Source of the DNA: a virus
Lineage: Duplodnaviria; Caudoviricetes
Virus record (IMG/VR): IMGVR_UViG_3300014205_000175
Span: 96,001-160,000 of that record
Direction: 5' to 3' (one strand)
Length of the DNA stretch: 64,000 nt
Both the position numbers and the translations under genes were made by a program. Position 1 is the stretch's first letter, and every line of letters begins with the position of its first letter. Below, piece after piece: positions 59,924 through 64,000 of the stretch. The notes below the pieces were generated by a model. That model was not told where the DNA came from. It ran no database searches and saw nothing but the letters and a program-made list of their open reading frames with translations.

Positions 59924-61229
59924 GTATGATTATCTATTGCAGGTTTTTCAGCACGGAGCATATAGACATAAGAGTTGGGTAATCGCAGCTACTTCGATCG
60001 TACAAGAGAATCTCACAGACTATCAACGTGATCCTTACCCGTGTCGGCTAGTGCAAACCCCTACGGGTTATAGTTTTGTCGATCCGACTAACCCTGAGCA
60101 ACTCATCCCGATCGAAGATGCTCCTGCTGGCCAACCATTGGTGCAGTTCAAAGAACCACTACAGGTTGATCCACGCTGGGCTGAGAACATCACTACTACC
60201 ATAGATACTACTTTCGGTAATGCTCTAGTCAATTCGATTACGATCGCCGATGTGTTCGGTAAAAAACTACCGTATCTGGAAGGCAAAGTCACGGTCGATA
60301 GAGTCGAAACATTGATTGCATCACGGCTACGTGATACTCCTGTGAGCATCGATAAACGGGAAGATCGATACATCTATGTAGATGAGTATCTACGTTACAT
60401 TGATCGCTTGCAATACCTAGCTTCATTGTCATCGGTATGTGTGTGGTCAGCTACGCGTAAAAATATCGTTGCTCCAGTAGGCATCCAGCAGTATCGCGAT
60501 CAGCTGGTTAAAGAGTACGGCGATCAACTGCGCGATCCCTCCCGTTTAGCAGAGTTCGAGAAAAAACTACGCGATTACGATAGCGAGTATCTCAAAGGTG
60601 ATCCGAGCGATGGTGTGTTTATCACAGGTAAAGTTAAAAACATCGCACGTAAAAAAATGTATCTAAGTATCGGAAACGAGAGTAGCTTTACTCAGACGAC
60701 TACTGCAACACCGATTATTCAGTCTTTGGAAGAAGGCTGGCCAACTGACCCGACAGAATATACTGCATTGATGAACGGTTTGCGATTTGGTTCATTTGCT
60801 CGCGGTGCTGAGACTGTCAACGGCGGAGTGACGGCTAAGTCGCTACTGCGCTCACTCGGTAGTTACACTATTACTATGGATGATTGCGGTTCTAGTTTAG
60901 GACTTACACGTTGCTTTACTGACGACGATTATGAGCTACTCATCGATCGTTACATCTATGAAGCTGGTAAATTAGTTCTAGTAGAGTCAGATTCTATGGC
61001 ACGTGCATATATAGGACGTGACGTAATCATGCGTTCACCACTTTACTGTCAGTCGAAGGCAGAGAGTTTCTGTCGTTACTGCGTTGGAGAAAAGCTGGCT
61101 AGTAACCCTAATGGATTGAGTCTAGCAGTAACTGACGTATCGGCAGTTATTCTCGCTTCGTTCATGAAACTAATGCACGGTACGGTTTTGGCATCAGCAC
61201 ATTTTGATTATGAAGTAGGATTAACCTGA
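59916..61229 (+). CDS. virion RNAP beta' subunit fragment (phiKZ gp80-like)
   Basis: SLEEG, RFGSFARGAET, DDCGS, MRSPLYC...FCRYCVG Zn site, FMKLMH. Confidence 0.85.
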   Translation: MNKYDYLLQVFQHGAYRHKSWVIAATSIVQENLTDYQRDPYPCRLVQTPTGYSFVDPTNPEQLIPIEDAPAGQPLVQFKEPLQVDPRWAENITTTIDTTFGNALVNSITIADVFGKKLPYLEGKVTVDRVETLIASRLRDTPVSIDKREDRYIYVDEYLRYIDRLQYLASLSSVCVWSATRKNIVAPVGIQQYRDQLVKEYGDQLRDPSRLAEFEKKLRDYDSEYLKGDPSDGVFITGKVKNIARKKMYLSIGNESSFTQTTTATPIIQSLEEGWPTDPTEYTALMNGLRFGSFARGAETVNGGVTAKSLLRSLGSYTITMDDCGSSLGLTRCFTDDDYELLIDRYIYEAGKLVLVESDSMARAYIGRDVIMRSPLYCQSKAESFCRYCVGEKLASNPNGLSLAVTDVSAVILASFMKLMHGTVLASAHFDYEVGLT

Positions 61230-61239
61230 GGAGTAAAAA

Positions 61240-61956
61240 ATGACGTGGGAAGAATTCGATGTAGGTACCGATCCTAGCCCACCGAAACCAGCATCGCAGT
61301 CTTATCCGTCTAAAAGTTACGGTGGGCAAGGTGGTGGTCAAGGAAGCTGGAATAGTAACCGTCAAGGTGGCGGTGGTAATAACTGGGGCAATAAATCCAA
61401 GTTCCAAAAACGTCCGCCGCAAGAAGAAGGGCCAGCAGAGCTTTATCTGCCGTACGTCGTAGTTTTCAATCAAGACATGCCTGAGGCAAGTAAGTCGCTA
61501 CTAGAAGGGGTGGTGCGGCGTTTGGATGAAGCTGGCTATACGTTGCGTATGGGTGGCAATACCGGTCCTGAAGAAGATTTTGAAAAACTCTCCAAACGTG
61601 TCGAATTACATCTACCTTGGCGTGGTTTTAATCAAAAAGAGAGCAAATCTACTTTTAATACCAAGAACGCTTTTGAAATCGCTAAAACGTTCTCACCGGT
61701 CTACGATAAGTTTTCTGACCCTATCAAGGCAATGCTCGCACGCAATGTCCGTTTAGTGTTAGGTAAAGAGCTCAAAAGCCCAACCCTACTGCTAGTGACA
61801 TGGAGTGCTGATGGAGCTGAGAGTGCAGCTGAGCGCACCGCTAGAACCGGTAACGTCGGTCATGTCATCGCTATGGCCTCAGCACTACGTGTACCAGTTT
61901 TTAATCTAGCCAAAGCAAATACTCTGGAGCGCATCCAGCAGTATCTTTCCCAATAA
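61240..61956 (+). CDS. DprA/SLOG-like Rossmann protein with a G/Q/N-rich disordered N-terminus
   Basis: GYTLRMGG..GPEEDFE, LPWRGFN, LARN, AxALRVPVFNL. Confidence 0.6.
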   Translation: MTWEEFDVGTDPSPPKPASQSYPSKSYGGQGGGQGSWNSNRQGGGGNNWGNKSKFQKRPPQEEGPAELYLPYVVVFNQDMPEASKSLLEGVVRRLDEAGYTLRMGGNTGPEEDFEKLSKRVELHLPWRGFNQKESKSTFNTKNAFEIAKTFSPVYDKFSDPIKAMLARNVRLVLGKELKSPTLLLVTWSADGAESAAERTARTGNVGHVIAMASALRVPVFNLAKANTLERIQQYLSQ

Positions 61957-61974
61957 TTCAACAGGAGCTTTAAG

Positions 61975-62649
61975 ATGGCGAAAACCCCCGAAGTCAAAGA
62001 TCAAGGCACCGAGGTTCAAGCAACCGAACCGGTAGCTGCAGTCACAGTAGAAAATACGGCAACCGCTGCATCTCCCGAACCTGTAGCGCCAGTAGTTACA
62101 ACCGCTACTAGCGAAGTCAGCAGCAACGTCACCACCACTGTCGCTCAGGCACCGGTGCAGGTGGCTGGTGTCAAAAAAGCTGGCATGGATTTTGAGCAAC
62201 GTATCGCCGATCTCAAAACCAACGGTACGCCGAACCAGAAAACTGTTATCGCTGAGATCGAAACCTATTTGGATCGCATGCGTCCGGGCCGTCCGCTGAG
62301 CGGAGACGTTGGGGCGAGCTACCAGTTTAGTTTCTGGATGACTCTGTCGAAGATCGTGCACCGTATGCCGCACGATGAATTCAAGAATTTGTGGTCGCTT
62401 GTGCTGTCGTACTTTCATCAGTATCGCGATGGTGCATTCAGTGATCGATACATCTATCGGTTTGCTGAGTTCTGGTCGCAGCCCGAGAAACAACTCAACG
62501 CTTATCAACGGCTAGTCAATCTCATCAAAGTAACCGCAGACCCACTCACGCGTGAGCGCGGTTTACGGCAAGTCAGCATGGAGCGCACGCTCTCTGAAGG
62601 CTTTGACGAAGCAGCACGTCAGCGCATCATTGGTTTTTATCAGCGTTAA
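61975..62649 (+). CDS. hypothetical protein with an A/T/V/P-rich N-terminus
   Basis: AGGAG RBS. Confidence 0.6.
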   Translation: MAKTPEVKDQGTEVQATEPVAAVTVENTATAASPEPVAPVVTTATSEVSSNVTTTVAQAPVQVAGVKKAGMDFEQRIADLKTNGTPNQKTVIAEIETYLDRMRPGRPLSGDVGASYQFSFWMTLSKIVHRMPHDEFKNLWSLVLSYFHQYRDGAFSDRYIYRFAEFWSQPEKQLNAYQRLVNLIKVTADPLTRERGLRQVSMERTLSEGFDEAARQRIIGFYQR

Positions 62650-62775
62650 TATCACGCACTGAATCATCACCCGGAGCCTAATGAGCTTCGGGTGATGATC
62701 GTGTTTGTGGGAGATTTTTCTAACGTAGGGATAATCTGATGAAGAATTAAAAAAATAGTAAAGAGGGAGTGTATT

Positions 62776-63609
62776 ATGGCCATAGGGTTAAAGATATATA
62801 AGGTTAACAGTATTCCTACGGTATTGGTTCCGTCGGCGCTGTATTTGGTGCGTGATCCTACTACTTTGAGTCTGAGTGTTTTTGTCAGCGACAACACAGG
62901 CACAACATTGCACGGTATACAAACGGTAGAACTCGAAGGTGAGAGTTTGTTAAGTTTCATCAATAGTCTTAAAGATCAACCCGGTGGTATCGCCGGCATT
63001 GATCAGAATGACATTATGTCTTCAGCCGTACGTCTTAATGGTCAGGATAATCTCATTGTTACTTCTGGTAATGGCAGGGTGTGGTATGATCTGACTTCGA
63101 ACTTCATCGTGCGTAACTTTAATGGAGGAAATAATCCTTCGTTTGGGGTCGTGCAGGGTAATCTGCAAGGGTTGTTATTTAGTGCCACAACAATGAACCA
63201 AGTGTGGTGCGATTATCATATCTCGCACGATATTGCATTAGGAACGAAACTCTACCCGCACGTGCATTGGATGCCTATTACCGATGATGTTGGTGTCGTA
63301 CGATGGGGTATAGAGTATACGGTAGCCAAAGGGCATCAGCAGCAGTCTTTCCATTCGCCGGTGACGGTATATGTGACGCAGCATATTACGACTCCGTCAC
63401 GTTTTTTGCATTGTATTGCAGAAGTCTCGGAGTTAGATGCCGTCCCAGCGATTAATGTTGAACCTGATTCATTTGTTAAAATACGTGTTTTTCGTGATGC
63501 TGTCAATGATAGTTACCCGGCAGCCATACACGCATGGCACTGTGATTTGCATTACCAGATAGAGCGAACAGGTACGATCAACCGCGCTCCTAACTTCTAC
63601 GGTGAATGA
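62776..63609 (+). CDS. probable virion/tail-associated protein
   Basis: QPGGIAGID fibre-type motif, beta-rich C-domain. Confidence 0.5.
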   Translation: MAIGLKIYKVNSIPTVLVPSALYLVRDPTTLSLSVFVSDNTGTTLHGIQTVELEGESLLSFINSLKDQPGGIAGIDQNDIMSSAVRLNGQDNLIVTSGNGRVWYDLTSNFIVRNFNGGNNPSFGVVQGNLQGLLFSATTMNQVWCDYHISHDIALGTKLYPHVHWMPITDDVGVVRWGIEYTVAKGHQQQSFHSPVTVYVTQHITTPSRFLHCIAEVSELDAVPAINVEPDSFVKIRVFRDAVNDSYPAAIHAWHCDLHYQIERTGTINRAPNFYGE

Positions 63610-63610
63610 G

Positions 63611-64000
63611 ATGCATGATAACATTTTTGCTCGTATAGATGGCGGTGTGATCGTTCAGTATCCTCTTAATATCGACGACATCAACCAACGTAATATTCCA
63701 ACCGACGTTTATTTACCGTGTTACTTTTCCGAAGACCACGCGTCGATAGCAGCGCGATTAAAACTATCTGAGAAAATTCTTTATTATCCGAAGATTGTAG
63801 GGACTGTCGTATATGTTGATTGCTGCACAGTGAAAAAAACTATCGTCGAGATGTTTGATTATCTGCACCAAGTAGCATTACGTCTAGATGCCGAGAATAA
63901 CCCCTACATTGACCGGATACTAGTGACATCACAGATCTACAGTGCTTTTGAAGAAGTTATCAAAGAGCACGTCAGTGCTGAGTTAAATACCTTTGCACGC
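63611..64000 (+). CDS. partial ORF running off the window, possibly tail-assembly-like
   Basis: MHDNIFARIDGGVIVQYPL..., open to the window end. Confidence 0.45.
   Translation, partial: MHDNIFARIDGGVIVQYPLNIDDINQRNIPTDVYLPCYFSEDHASIAARLKLSEKILYYPKIVGTVVYVDCCTVKKTIVEMFDYLHQVALRLDAENNPYIDRILVTSQIYSAFEEVIKEHVSAELNTFAR

Noticed and set aside
1-64000. CRISPR arrays, tRNA or rRNA genes, transposases
   Set aside because: No regularly spaced repeat-spacer units, cloverleafs or DDE transposase motifs were seen by eye; a dedicated scan was not run

Overview
This is a 64-kb segment of a nucleus-forming, phiKZ-like jumbo phage (Chimalliviridae-type). The core gene order is: family B DNA polymerase subunit, chimallin, non-virion RNA polymerase (nvRNAP) beta' N-subunit, SbcD-like nuclease, a block matching phiKZ gp66-gp70 by position, nvRNAP beta and beta' subunits, SF2 helicase and a virion RNAP beta' subunit. 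Three accessory islands interrupt it (about 10.3-19.7, 36.4-45.9 and 50.5-56.5 kb). The main hidden signal is three related, ORF-less group I introns that the ORF track misses. Two split the nvRNAP beta' gene, one of them inside the catalytic NAD|FDGD motif, and one splits the nvRNAP beta gene at HGG|KG. All have U|...G| boundaries that restore the frame, P3/P7 covariation and mosaic sequence sharing. Also present: an HNH intein in dCTP deaminase, a class-3-type intein in the helicase Walker A motif, five tandem paralogues of an unrecognised ~400-aa family, a repeated early-promoter/leader/RBS grammar in the islands, a candidate Sm/Hfq-fold protein, and a scar of DnaB and tail-protein fragments. 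Assignments come from reading motifs and from remembered phiKZ synteny; no searches or folding were run.
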